From positions 496,001-560,000 of the forward strand of contig JASVEC010000010.1 of the NCBI GenBank assembly GCA_030770535.1: a stretch of 64,000 bases of DNA, given 5' to 3'. Of this stretch, positions 13,693 through 26,581 are shown piece after piece (positions within the stretch are counted from its first letter, which is position 1; every line of letters starts with the position of its first letter). Position numbers and translations under genes: made by a program. The DNA comes from Batkoa obscura (Eukaryota). A model generated the notes under the pieces. It was not told the DNA's origin and made no database searches. It worked only from the letters and a program-made list of their open reading frames with translations.

Positions 13693-13766
13693 TGTTTCCG
13701 TCCAGATTCGAACTGGAGACCTTCTGTGTGTTAGACAGATGTGATAACCAACTACACCACGGAAAC
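13693..13766 (-). tRNA. tRNA-Val(AAC)
   Basis: Acceptor stem GTTTCCG/CGGAAAC, D arm TGTAGTTGGTTATCAC, anticodon arm TCTGT-CTAACAC-ACAGA, T loop GTTCGAATC. Confidence 0.97.
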
Positions 13767-14749
13767 TTGTTTTTTTTTCTTAAATTGGGAGTCCAAGATA
13801 GTGTATTTATACTGTTCTTTGCCACTATATTTTAGTAGTATATAGTTGAGTTTCAAATACAATGAATGATTTATGTTTTATGTTTTCACTTTTCCAATAA
13901 CACTAATTATGAGTTAAAAGTATTAAACCCAAAATATAACGTTTTGTCCAATTGACTTAACAATACAAATATCAAGTTGATTTTTTTTATAGAAGTGGAA
14001 CTTTTGTTTAGGTTTTAACTTTAAATCAAATTTTTTATTCAAAATCATTTCAAAACTTAAATTCCTAATTTTCATTATTTTATAAAGTATGTTTCTAAGA
14101 AAATGTAATGAGTCAATAATTTATTAAATTTTAATAATTGATAATCATTGGACTTTAATAAATAGATTTGTTTAGTATATATATGTTGTATTCGAAGTTT
14201 TTATACTTAGGAAAAAGAGTATCTTTCAAATTAATAAAAAAAATAATTAATAAATACTTTATCGATAAATTCGAATATTCTATTTGTTTATAAATATTGA
14301 AAGAAAACAGTTTTTTTGCATAGTATATCATAATACAAAAATATAATAGATTTATATAACTTAACTAAACTAACTATTATAAAATTATAAAAAACAATGA
14401 CTTAAGCCTTGATATTGCTATTACTAATAAATCAACTTAGTGAGATATATCCTTAAATATTATTATAAGACATACCGAACTATACAAAGTTAAAATTATT
14501 TTCAAGGTGTAGTTCACCATACATATAAATCAATGATTAATAACAGTTGATATGTTGATAAATTGGAGTTTAATGAAGATGAATTTATTCATAATATATC
14601 AGATCAATATATACAATACTTTACAACTCCTATTACTAAGTTTAAATGATAGACTATCATTTTTAAAAATATTTGTTTTTTTAACTAACTATTTCAATTC
14701 TGTTTAATTGTGTATCATATCAATATTTTTTTGAATAAAATTAACATAT

Positions 14750-14844
14750 GAGGGTGTTTTTTTGTTTCATTATTTTTTCCATTTTTAAGTGATACTTGAG
14801 TGGAAAGATTGTTAGTAAAACTCTTGAACAAAAAATACATTTCC
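14750..14844. mobile_element. MITE family A copy 3
   Basis: Consensus body, ATAT duplicated. Confidence 0.8.
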
Positions 14845-14890
14845 ATATATCCTTTGATAAATAAAACAAAAAATCATTTTAAATGGATAT

Positions 14891-14983
14891 GTGGATGTGT
14901 TTTTTAAGAATTTTACTACAATCTTTCCACCCAAATAGCGCTTAAAAAAATGGAAAAATAATGAAACTAAAAAAAACAGCCCC
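14891..14983. mobile_element. MITE family A copy 4 (inverted relative to copy 3)
   Basis: Consensus body, ATAT duplicated. Confidence 0.85.
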
Positions 14984-15427
14984 ATATACTATAAATATCA
15001 GCTTTAATATTGAAACGTAAGTTTACATTATAAAGCTAAAATTTATTTAGATAAAAATAGATAAACTATTGAAGCAAATAAAGGGATTATAATATATTTG
15101 TTTTTTCCATAACTCAAAACTATTTATAGCTCTTTGGAAGCATATAGATACCTCATTTATCCTATTTATTATATTTTTACGCTTTAGAGCCAACCAGGCT
15201 TTTTACTTTCATTGTTCGGTGCTTGCTCTTATTTCACTCCATAGGTTCACTTATGCTTTGCCGCCTTTAAACTATGAAGTTATATTATCACTTTCTTTAA
15301 GGTCAATAAAGACTCATTCGTCCACCTCATCACTTTTAAAGTTGTTCTTTACTCTATTTTAATTATAGCACCTTTGGGTAAAGTTTTAATCTTTTAATAT
15401 AATTATAAATCTTTCCTAAAACTTTGC

Positions 15428-15478
15428 TTCTTTAATTTAATCTTCTTTAATTTAATCTTCTTTAATTTAATCTTCTTT
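15428..15478. repeat. 15-bp tandem repeat (TTCTTTAATTTAATC) x3+
   Basis: Direct observation. Confidence 0.8.
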
Positions 15479-15815
15479 CCGCTTCCTCTTTATCGGCTAA
15501 TTTAGTTTACTTCACTAATTGATGGGAAGTCATATAGAAGATAGAAACAAAGCAACTTCTATTTTTTTTCTGATCTTATCAAAAATAAGTATATTTTGGA
15601 ATCCATTTCAACACTTATAAATCATACTCTGAATGGGGTGATCTCTAAAGTTTGCTTACTTTAGTATTTAACCTTTGTTTTAATTAATGTAACACTTTAT
15701 AAAAACAAAAAGGCCTGTTCTTTAATTTTGGATTGGGTATCAATACCATGGTCTTGTAACAATATATAGCTGTATAGAAACAATGTATAAATATTAAATA
15801 TTGAACATAACATAT

Positions 15816-15913
15816 GGTAATGTATCTTTTATTTAAGAATTTTACTGATGACCCTTCCGCTTAAACAGTGCTTAAAAAATAGAAAAAATTATGAAACCAA
15901 AAAAAGCACCTTC
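15816..15913. mobile_element. MITE family A copy 5
   Basis: Consensus body, ATAT duplicated. Confidence 0.8.
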
Positions 15914-16423
15914 ATATAGCTATCTTTTTATACAAAACTGTTCTATTTTCTTTTAAATCTGAGTCAGTTTGCTCTCTCTCAGATAGTTTGTTATTTGAGA
16001 AAAAGCAAAATTGATTGTAGACAGGAGGTGGGTGTAAGAATAGAAAGGAGAGAGATGAAGAATAGGATAAAGAATTAAGCCTAGTTTACGCATCCCTACT
16101 TTGAAAATAGATGAGTTGCAAAAAGTTACTTTATACTTTATTTTAACAAATTTATAAACATAAAGAAAAGTTGAATAATTCAATTTAATTTAATTTATCA
16201 TCAGTTAATGGCTTCATTTAATAAATGTGGATCTTTTGATGTTAAACAATAAAAGAGGGCTTAAAAAAGGCGAGAAGGAAAAGCATTAAAAAAGTGTAAC
16301 TAAGGTGTTGTTTTTAACTTATATAAATTTTATACAAAAACAATAGTAAATAAAAGCTATTAGCTAATATCAGTGATATTAAATAAAAATCTTGATATTA
16401 AATTAAGGCAATACTAAGAATAT

Positions 16424-17760
16424 TTATTGTAGCCTAATCCAATCTAACATTGGGATATTTCTAAGCCTATCACAAGCGACTGTAGTCATTTGAGCTAAAT
16501 AAGTTTTAGTTGGTAATAATAGGGTGGTAAGTCTATAACTAACTCTCTGCGATGAACTTGATATGCTAAAGTCCTTGATTCTTAATACTTCGAGATTTGT
16601 GAATAAAAATAGAAATGAACGAAAGCGATTAAAATTAATACGAAAAGTATTAATTTTGATATGTTTCATAAATTTGCATCTGATTGAACCATAACCTTCA
16701 CTGTCAATATCTTCATTACCTAAGTCGATTCCATACAGAGTTTTAGTAGTTCTATAATTCAAGTGGTCATATAAAATACTTTGAATATTTGGTAGCAAAA
16801 CAACCCCTTTTAGTGGTTCTCTTTATAATTCACCAAAATAACTTCTTTCAACGTTCGTGACTTAAGGGATTCATGGTTGGCTTTATATGAATTAAAATAC
16901 CCCATAGTGATAACATTGCTATTTTCAATTGATCTTATACTATTACCTTGCTATTATTATTAATGAAATTATTATAATAATTTATTAAGTTTACCCTTGA
17001 TTTTTTAAATCATCAAAGTATCGTACATTCAAATCATAATTAAGTTTGAATCAAAGTTTACATTTGGGTCTATTTTGGCAAAACTACTGATTATTGTATC
17101 TGATTTTAATGTTAGTACTTTTAATTTGCCAAACGTTGCTTTAATAGTATATAATACATCAAGGTATGGACATTCATATGTATATTTTTAATGCTTTTAA
17201 AATGCCTGGGGTTAAGTATGTAATAATTTCCTCAATGATCATTTCAAATCCTATAATCTTAAGTTCTTTGAGTTGATTTAAATAATCACTAAATTGTTTT
17301 AATACTTGTTTGTAATTAGAACAGTTTATAGCTATTCTTTTTAATTTTGGGAAGTTAATGGTCGTTTCAATATCATCATTGTTATTGCTGTCACGATCAT
17401 CATCAATATTAGGCATCTCTAAATGATCGATAGATACTATATTTGAGGAATAATTTAAATGTTTAATAGTATCGCTATCGATGTTTGAATATTTCAGTAG
17501 TAATCTGTTTTCTCTGATAAATTTCTCTTGATAATTTTTATACTTCCCAAGTTCATTTTTAATGATATTTCGCTGAGAATCCAAGAAATAGTCTTTATTT
17601 TAATTGTAAGCTGAAATGGTCAAGTCATACTTAATAACTCTACTGGTAATTTTAAACAAGTACTTACTTAAAAAGCGCAAGTCAAATAGTTATTTTGGAC
17701 TTATTGATTTAAATATCTTTTCTAATAACATATTTGATAAAACTTAAATTGGACTGGCAT
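16424..17760 (-). pseudogene. F-box/LRR-like pseudogene
   Basis: F-box-like LSNMLLEKIFKSISPK*LFDLRFLSK, followed by LRR-like FPKLKRIAI, LNQLKELKI and FTNLEVLRI. Broken by stops and frameshifts. Confidence 0.6.
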
Positions 17761-18635
17761 TTTAAATTAAATTCTCATGTTACATTAAGACCTTTATTGA
17801 CTAGTAGCACTTTTTGCTTATATAATTTCAAAACATCCCAAATTTTAATATATGTATTTATAAAAGTATGTTCAACGGTTTATAACATTTTAAAGCACCA
17901 TTTATTTTTAAGAGTATATTCACTTTTTTCAAACAAAGTATTTTAAAAGCTTTTTAAATGTTCTAATTTATAAAGGTTACTAATTCTCTCATCTACAGTT
18001 ACTCATATATTACTTTAGAAAAATTCAGAAGTTATTTGTTGCAGCGGTAATTTTTATTGCTTGGTTATCAAACATAAAAAAAGTATTTTTAATCAGAATT
18101 TGTTTTATAAAATATGAGTATTTTCGCTATGGAATCTCCTACTGTTGCAGGTAAATATATCTACCGTTATTAAAAAAAATTGAACTCTATTTATATACTA
18201 ATCTAATAGTTGATTGATTCAAAATAAGAAATTCAACCAATCATTGATAGGAAATTTAAATCAGTAAATTAATTGTACTATACTAGTGGGTAAAGAGTGT
18301 TCACCATAAGCTAATCAATAGTATGAAAGAAATAGCTCCCTCTTTTATAAACCACTACTTGGTTACCAGTACTTAATATCTAACGAAAGGTAGGTATCTA
18401 TGTAATTTTAGTTAATTAAGGGAAGAATAGATGTGATATGAGACGAAATTGGAACTAAAGAGGATAGGAAATAATAAAGAAGAATCAGAAGAAATGGAAA
18501 TGCATCCATCCGAAATTAAATCAATTTTAAAAACCAATACCACAAAATCAACTAATATCAAACATAGCATATCAAAAAGTGTATAAAAAATGAATGAATA
18601 ACTTATAAATTTATTATTAGTCAGTATAAGTTGAA

Positions 18636-19236
18636 ATGGCCTCTACTCAAACCCAAACCAAAAAGTACAGAACTTACAACATTCGTTCCAGCATCACCCC
18701 TGGAACTGTTCTCATCCTTCTTGCTGGTGTCCATAAAGGAAAGCGCGTTGTTTTCCTTAAGCAACTTAAGAGCGGTCTCCTTTTAGTTACTGGTCCATAT
18801 AAAGTAAATGGAGTTCCTCTCCGTCGTGTCAACCACGCTTACGTTATTGCCACCTCTGCTAAAGTAGATGTTTCTGGTGTTCAAGTATGTATTTTAAATC
18901 AAAATTAATTTAAATTTAATGATTAATTATTAGCTTCCTGAACACATTGATGATGCCTATTTCACCAGAAAGGTTGAAAAGAACTCAAACAAAGTTTCAG
19001 AAAAAGAATTCTTTGGTGATGCTAAAACTAAGAAGGTTAGATAAACATCATAATAGAATTATTTAAAACTAAACAATTATTAGACTCTTGCCCTCCCAGA
19101 AGAACGTAAAGCTGATCAAAAATCCATTGATAGCGTACTTCTTCCATTAATCAAGAAAGAAGCTCACTTCGTTTCTTATCTTGGTTCTAAGTTCGCTCTT
19201 AGCAAAGGTCAATTCCCTCATGCCCTTAAATTTTAA
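18636..19236 (+). CDS. RPL6: 60S ribosomal protein eL6; exons 18636-18884, 18934-19035, 19084-19236; probable 5'-UTR intron 18390-18620
   Basis: [36 protein letters not shown] and C-terminal FPHALKF. Confidence 0.95.
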
Positions 19237-19731
19237 TTTAATACTTTGGGTTAAAAAATAAATTAAAAGCGGAGAAATCCTAACCATAATAGATATATAA
19301 TACAATAATTGATTTAACAAGCCATTTTTTAGAAGTAAGTTAATATAAATATAATATTAATACTTTTAGTCATTACAACAATAATGTAATAAATATTTGG
19401 AATATAGTTATCAATTTTATTAAGCTAACATATAGTAAACAAAGGACTAAATGTAGCACTGGAAAAAATAATTGATATCTACTGAATCAAGACACTGGAT
19501 CACTTTATTTCAAATTTGCTAATATAGAGGAGCAATATGAAACTTTGATGGAAGATATCAGGTTGCATGGATCAATTTTAGTGTACTGAGCTAACTTAAA
19601 TAGCAAAACTAACTTTTAATAAATAGCTAAGTCCTAATTCCAATTCATTTAAATAGCTTTGAAATATTGAATATGATATTTAACCTAAGTAGAAATAGCG
19701 TATCGCATAGATGTCGATTAGATGATAATAT

Positions 19732-19827
19732 AGTGATGTTTTTTGATTTCGTCAGTTTTTCCATTTTTCAAGCACTATTTGAGCAGAAAGATTATTGATA
19801 GCATTATTAAACAAAAAAGATATCTCC
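19732..19827. mobile_element. MITE family A copy 6
   Basis: Diverged body, ATAT duplicated. Confidence 0.75.
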
Positions 19828-20309
19828 ATATACTATTTAATATTAAATATAACTCTTCATTAGATCTTAAACAGTGAAAAGCTTAAATAAATAGCTATGT
19901 TCCAGTTATTACTCTATCCCTGTTTTTTTAAAATAATTTTGAAACATTCAAGTATTGTTTAAGACACAAATAAATATACTACATAGATGACAAATTAGTA
20001 TTAACATCTAGCATATTGTTAAATTTATAGCAAATGTTAAATTTTATTTAATATCAATTAACTTTACACGTAGACTAAAATATTATATAAAAAGTGCCAT
20101 CTATATTAAAATTAAACTGAAATATTACTTAACATTGGAAACTGAAATACAATAAAATATACTATCAAAACACTATTTAAACATTAAAACTGTCATTTAA
20201 ATAGAAATATATTGGAAATAAAGTCAAAGATATAGTAATCTAAAATACTTTGAATCTAATAATTAGTATATCTTTTATCCCTTTTATAATAGCAAATATA
20301 TGAAATATT

Positions 20310-21123
20310 TTACTCCTTGGTCTTCTTGGAACCACGGATAAGACCAGTACGACGAGCGGCAATAAGACCAACTTTTTGACCGGCTGAGGAATCACGAGCA
20401 ACAGTTGAAGCGTGACCAATATGTTGATGATTACCACCACCATGAGGATGTTCTACAGGGTTCATAGCAACACCACGAGTCTTTGGCCAGCTGTTACGTT
20501 TAACACGATATTTATGATAAGCACGACCGGCTTTAAGGAGAGGTTTATCGATACGACCTCCACCAGCTATAATACCAACAGTAGCACGGGATCTTGAAAG
20601 AATAACTTTCTTAGCACCGGAAGGAAGCTTAATACGGGTTTTACCGTCATCAGCGTTGTGTCCAATAATGGTAGCATAAGCACCGGAGGTACGAGCGAGT
20701 GCTCCACGATCTCCAACTTTTTCTTCAACATTGCAGACAATGGTACCTTCTGGCATGCTGGAGAGAGGGAGTACGTTACCGACGGCTAAGGAAGCTTTCT
20801 TACCGCAGTATACGAATTGTCCAGAGTACATACCTTCAGTGGCAAGGAAAGTTTCAGTACGAGTCTTGTATCTTTTTTTCGAGTAAATTTATGTATAAAA
20901 TATATGTATATTATATTTACCTGTATGGGTCACGGAATTGGACCTTAGCTAATGGAGCACCACGTCCAGGATCGTGAATAATTTCCTTTACAATACCACG
21001 GATATAACCGTTACGTTCAGCGTAATCAAGGGTACGGATCTTGGCGGCACCTTTACGGTTTTTGTTGTGGGATTTGAAAATACCACCAGCACCTTTTCTT
21101 TGAGCACGAATGACACGACCCAT
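20310..21123 (-). CDS. RPL2: 60S ribosomal protein uL2 (yeast L2/mammalian L8); exons 21123-20921, 20871-20310; probable 5'-UTR intron 21417-21148
   Basis: [23 protein letters not shown] and [21 protein letters not shown]. Confidence 0.97.
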
Positions 21124-22556
21124 TTTAAATTATTCTTGGTTTAAATTCTATAAAACTTAATTTAGATACCATTGTCTTGTTAATTTCAAAATCTTCAGTT
21201 GGGTTCTGCTGGTTTATTTTATTTCATTTTTTCTATAATATTGACCATGTTTTTTGTAATATTTGATGGATGTATTTTCTCAATTTTCCTAATTGTAATA
21301 TAATATTTATACTATTCGCTTCTCTTTTGCTATGTATTCACTCTTTGTTCTTTTGTTGTTTGTATCCTTTATATATGTCCTCCAAATTTTTATTTCAAAT
21401 AGGTACTAAATACTTACACTGGGTTGAAGAGAGGTCAACGATAGATTATGCGTTGATTTTGAAAGAGGATGCCTATTTCTTTAGGGTAAGTCAATAAGTT
21501 CTTTTTTTACTAAAATTTCCTAATTTGTCTATTCGTACGCTTATTTTGTTACTAAGTTTATGAAATAACCAATTAAATTCAATTTTAAGTTTTTATTTAA
21601 ATTTGTAGTTTTTGTATATGCTTGTTGATTAATATCAATAGTATACTATAAAGCGTATCTCATAATGATTTTATATCATCAAAAGTTTTTTGAAACTGCC
21701 TTAATATTAAACTAATGAAGGGTTTATAGTTTTGCTTCTATAAAGGGCTATACTAAAAGCAGAAATGAATATGAAAGCCATTTAAGTCGAAAAATACAGA
21801 ACAGCTATTATGTAATGAATACTGGTATAAATCAAAAACAGTACCCTTAGTACTGTATATAATATTTTCCCTACTATCGACATTAGTTAAAGTTACACAA
21901 ATTTGATACTCAGATTCTAAATTATACTTTAGATTAGTGATTTAAATACAATATATAGAGTGATTATAAGAATATAAATAATGAAAATAAAAAGAGAATA
22001 AAAAATATAGTTATGATGATATTAGTATATTATGTCTTTATTTAATGACAAATTTAATAGACGAGATTTATAACCAAACCTTAGTCTTATAAGTAAGCTA
22101 TTGATTATCTGAAACTAGCACTAATATATTAAACAAAAACATTTTTTTGGCTTATAACCTATAATAGTAAAGAAATAAAACTATTATTAATAAAATATAT
22201 AGTGATGTACAAAATAAAGTCAATTTATATTATTTTATGTTTTGTTAAAATGTTAGCAAAAAATTAAACAATTAAAACAGACTCAAACTATTCATCAATA
22301 TATTGTAATACAAAGATGCAATTTAAAAATAAATACTGCTTTCAAAAAATATTATATTTTGTATTTAAACTATAAATGTAAATAAATTTAAAGGTCGTTG
22401 CTTTAGTATAAACTCATACTATATAAACAAATGCGTGATATTTACAAAACAATGACTTAAATAGGGTGATATAAGAAAAAAAAATGCCACAAATCAAACA
22501 AGAACAATAATAAACCAGAATCCTATTTTTTTCATTTAAATACAACATGAAAAAAT

Positions 22557-23181
22557 TTAATTATAATTATCCTTAGAGAAATTAGGGTCTTGGATAAAAG
22601 CTGAAAGTACTTTAGATCCAGTTTGGAGTAAAGGATGACCAGCAACACTATTAAAATTAATTTTGTAAATATATTAAATATAGAAAAAACCAAAATTAAA
22701 TTTACATTTGAATAAACCGTTCTAACCCTAATCGACGAGCTTCAATAACATCAGGCTCAAATCGATTAGTAAACACTTTACCTGGTAAAGAAGGAATGTT
22801 AACTCGACTAGTCTCTCTTTCTAAATAGTCTCTAAACCATTCAAAATCACTATATCTGCGACGTACTACACTTTCTCTTAGTTTAAAAGCTGGTATGTTG
22901 GTCTACAATAAGAATAAAAATAACTAAAAAAAAACAATAATTTTTAAACATAATAACTTACTGTAACAACAATTTCATAATCCGTATACATTTTACGACC
23001 AAAACCTAATTTATTATTAATTTCTTATAGCTTTATAATTTATAATTTTTATACCATGGGTCATTGGGTTCTTTACTTCAATTTCCAAAAAGTTTTCTGG
23101 TTCTCCATATCTTTCGTCCAATGTCTGTTCTCTTGAACTTAAACGACTTCCTTCCCCAAACGCTCGAAAATTACCACTCAT
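22557..23181 (-). CDS. SNX3: Sorting nexin-3; exons 23181-23055, 23005-22962, 22902-22706, 22647-22557
   Basis: [48 protein letters not shown] and [12 protein letters not shown]. Confidence 0.93.
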
Positions 23182-23395
23182 ATTCTTTAAAAAACATTTA
23201 TATTTTTTTACCATTTAATAAATATTGTGTCATTTTATTTTCACAAGATTTTAAAATTGGCATTCTCTTCCAAAAAGAATAGATTTGGTTAGATTTGGTG
23301 TTTAATTTTATAGTTTAATTTTATCAAAAATAATATAAATATAAATACATAAAATAACAAAATAGCTTTATAAATCTAATCTTTATTCTATCCAC

Positions 23396-23836
23396 CTATT
23401 GCTTTTGAAATTTAAAATCCTCAAATGATCCTTCCTTTGAAAAGTTTGAATATGGCCCCGTACGTCCAAGCAATGGTACCCAGTTATGCTTCTTAATTTT
23501 ATCCTCTGGTTTGTATTCGAAATCCTTTAAAGTTTCTTTTGTTTCTTTTTCATAAACCTCTTTTAAGTCATCTCTTAAAGCCCAGAGCCAAGTTGCTTTT
23601 TTAGTCAAAGGATTGATCATATCTTTATCAACTTTCTTTACCAAATCTCCTTTACGCCATAATGGAGTCAATATGTTATGCTTTAAATTATGAACCGAGC
23701 GAAGTTCTGAGTGTTCGGATTCATATTTGCTGAATATCTCTTTTGTGGTTATTGGGTTTTCTCTACTTAATAAGTATTTTATTAAGACTTCGTTCTTTAA
23801 TGGGACTACTTTAGTTATTTTCGATACTTTAGACAT
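23396..23836 (-). CDS. Hypothetical basic protein, 146 aa
   Basis: Intronless ORF with protein-like composition. Family not recognised. Confidence 0.65.
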   Translation of the reverse strand: MSKVSKITKVVPLKNEVLIKYLLSRENPITTKEIFSKYESEHSELRSVHNLKHNILTPLWRKGDLVKKVDKDMINPLTKKATWLWALRDDLKEVYEKETKETLKDFEYKPEDKIKKHNWVPLLGRTGPYSNFSKEGSFEDFKFQKQ

Positions 23837-23926
23837 TCTTTCTTGGTTTAAAAAAGTATGAAAAAGAATCGATTCTTGAGTTTAATTGGTAATTGGTTAT
23901 TGCAAATTTTATCATATTTAATAAAT

Positions 23927-24023
23927 GGGGCTGTTTTTTTTAGTTTCATTATTTTTCCATTTTTTAAGCGCTATTTGAGTGGAAAGATTGTAGTAAAATT
24001 CTTAAATAAAAAAACATATCCCC
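23927..24023. mobile_element. MITE family A copy 7
   Basis: GGGG..CCCC ends, AAAT duplicated. Confidence 0.9.
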
Positions 24024-24203
24024 AAATACTGAAATATAGAATTTTGATCAAAGAGTATATAAATGTTTTATCAAAATGAATGATAATATGATGGATAAGT
24101 AAAAAAGGTATATTTTTTAATATTAAAATATACAATATCAAAATTACAATCTTCATTTTTATTATTTTGTAAAGAAATAATCTAGAAAAAAGCAATATTA
24201 CTT

Positions 24204-26371
24204 TTAAAAGTAACCTGCTCCAAACTGGTTAGCATAAGCCATAGCGCGAATATTAGGATGTGGCTAATAAAATTTGTTTAATATATCTTTACTTTACTCA
24301 ATGACTGTAAAACTTACCACTGCGTTAAATTTATTATATTTTACATTTAATTCGCTATCTATATGAATATAAGCCCCTTCATTACCCACCGAATCGCTAA
24401 CAATAATCATCATCAATATATTTGGGTTTTATAAGAATTATTTCTTACCAATAGTTTGGTGCCGAAAACACAGTAATACATTTACCATCGTGCTCAATTA
24501 CATATCCTGAATCTTTGACTTCGTGAGAACGAATCAAAAGATCTATTTAATCAACGTTATTAAATATGGTTAAATACAATTTAAACTTAGTTTACCAAGG
24601 TTGTTTTGTTTTAAGAATTTATGTGTAACATCAGGACCGAATTGAATACCAATACCACGTTTAGAAGGTGATCTACCATTCTATATAAAATCATATTAAT
24701 AAATATTAATGGTACTAGTACAAACAAACTTACTTGTGGTTGAGGATCAGACCATAATAACTCACACATTAAACCTAAATAATAAATTAACACTAATATA
24801 AAAAGATTAAAGATTAAGTAAATTACCTTCATTAGGAGGTTGAGAGAAACGATTGATTTTTCTTATATCATCTAAGGTAACATCATCTTTAGAAAACAAG
24901 CCACCATGGACAACTAAAACCTTATTTTTAATTAAATGGGCTAATGGAAGTCCATTAAATATCTCAGAGAACAGTTGGAACATTAAATCTGAAAATGTAA
25001 ACATAAAAGTTAAGAATAAAATTTCAAATATAATAAATATAATAGTAATAATAATAAAAAAGGATATTTTGCTTTAACTTCACCTTCAAAGCCATAGACT
25101 TTGTTCATATTATCAGTTTCATGGTTACCACGGTTAAGATAGATCGAGTTAGGATATGTCACTTTATATGCTAATAAAGTCAGTATCACTTCTACTGAAA
25201 AGGAACCTCTATCAACAAAATCACCATTAAACAAATACATGTTTTTATCACTTGGTAATCCATTCAATTTAAAGATGTTTAATAAATCATAGTATTGCCC
25301 TATTTGTCATGATAGTTATTAGCTATAATTATACTATTATTACAAAGCAATGTATTACCATGAGTATCGCCACATACTGTTAATTTAGTACCTTCAGGTA
25401 TATCGATATCAACTAAAGTTGGTAAAGCAGTGAACATTTCTTTACATTTAAGTAAAATCTAATAATAACGAAAGCTCAGTGTTTAGGAATGTATTAGTAT
25501 GCAATTTACCTTATAGGCATATTTTCTATGAATTTTCTTTTGGTTTTTAAACCTTTCTATTAAATCGTCAATAAACTCTTGATTAAACTCATCGTCTTGT
25601 AACTTATAGCCATCATAATTATCCTCAATAGCTATTAGAAAGTTTGTGTAAAATCTTTTTATGTTATTTTATATATTATTGTTACTCATTGAATCAAGAT
25701 CGATTGCCTCAGAGATGCTTTTAGTTGAGTTTTCTGACTAAGATATATCATAAGAATACAATTAAATGTGTAATAGATTTAAATTACTTGGATGGCTTGT
25801 TCGAATTTTTCTCTACGAACGATTTTTTCACACTCCTTTAACTTACTAATAGCATCTGCGTCTTTTGGTCGAAGTTTAGCTACCTTAATTTAATTGTTAC
25901 TATCATTATTCACATAACTATATATAATTATTTTTACCATTCTGAAATCCTTCAAGCTTTCGCTAAACTTTGCTAACGCCATATTGGCTATTCCTCTTCT
26001 ATAATAGCCCTAATAAATTAAATTAATCATCTCTACTTTTTACACTACTACTATCATACTTTGACAAAACTTTTATCCAAAGCAATAGCAGCTTCAGAGT
26101 CAGAAATAGCGGCACCATAAGCTTCCAATTTGATATGAGCAAAAGCTCTATTGGTATAGTAGCTAGGGACCGATGGATTTAACTCAATAGCTTTTGTATA
26201 GTTTTCTATTGATAGTGTATACTTCTTTTCTTTATATAGAATTTTAATATTTTATTTTATTTTTCCATATTATTTTATTATATAATTACCAGAAAAGTAT
26301 TTATTAGCAGTATCCTTAAAATTCTCTGCTTGGGTTATGGTTTCGCCATCTAATGTTAATTGACTACTCAT
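24204..26371 (-). CDS. PPT1: Ser/Thr protein phosphatase 5 (TPR + PPP domain), about 13 introns including one U12 AT-AC intron
   Basis: TPRs ([21 protein letters not shown]), [25 protein letters not shown] and FSAPNY. Confidence 0.95.
24997..25067 (-). other. U12-type (minor spliceosome) AT-AC intron
   Basis: 5' ATATCCTTT, branch TTCTTAAC, 3' AC. Removal restores [17 protein letters not shown]. Confidence 0.9.
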
Positions 26372-26581
26372 CTTTAATTATTTTAAAAGGAGTAATTTTT
26401 TGAAATTTTCGATCACTTTTTAATGGTTTGTGCATAATTATCTTTGGCTTTTATATTTCCTTATATAGTAAAAAGCCTTTGATTAAAACAATAAATTAAT
26501 TTAATAGTTTGTATTTATTTTATTATAAAAAAACAAAAGTAAATAAAAGTTGTATTGTGATGAAAAATAAATTAAAATAAA

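Noticed and set aside
18390..18620. snoRNA hosted in the RP 5'-UTR introns
   Set aside because: No convincing paired C/D boxes or H/ACA hairpins seen by eye.
23858..24195. Short ORFs here and at 3882, 43498 and 59630 with similar F/K-rich peptides
   Set aside because: They are translations of MITE copies, not a gene family.
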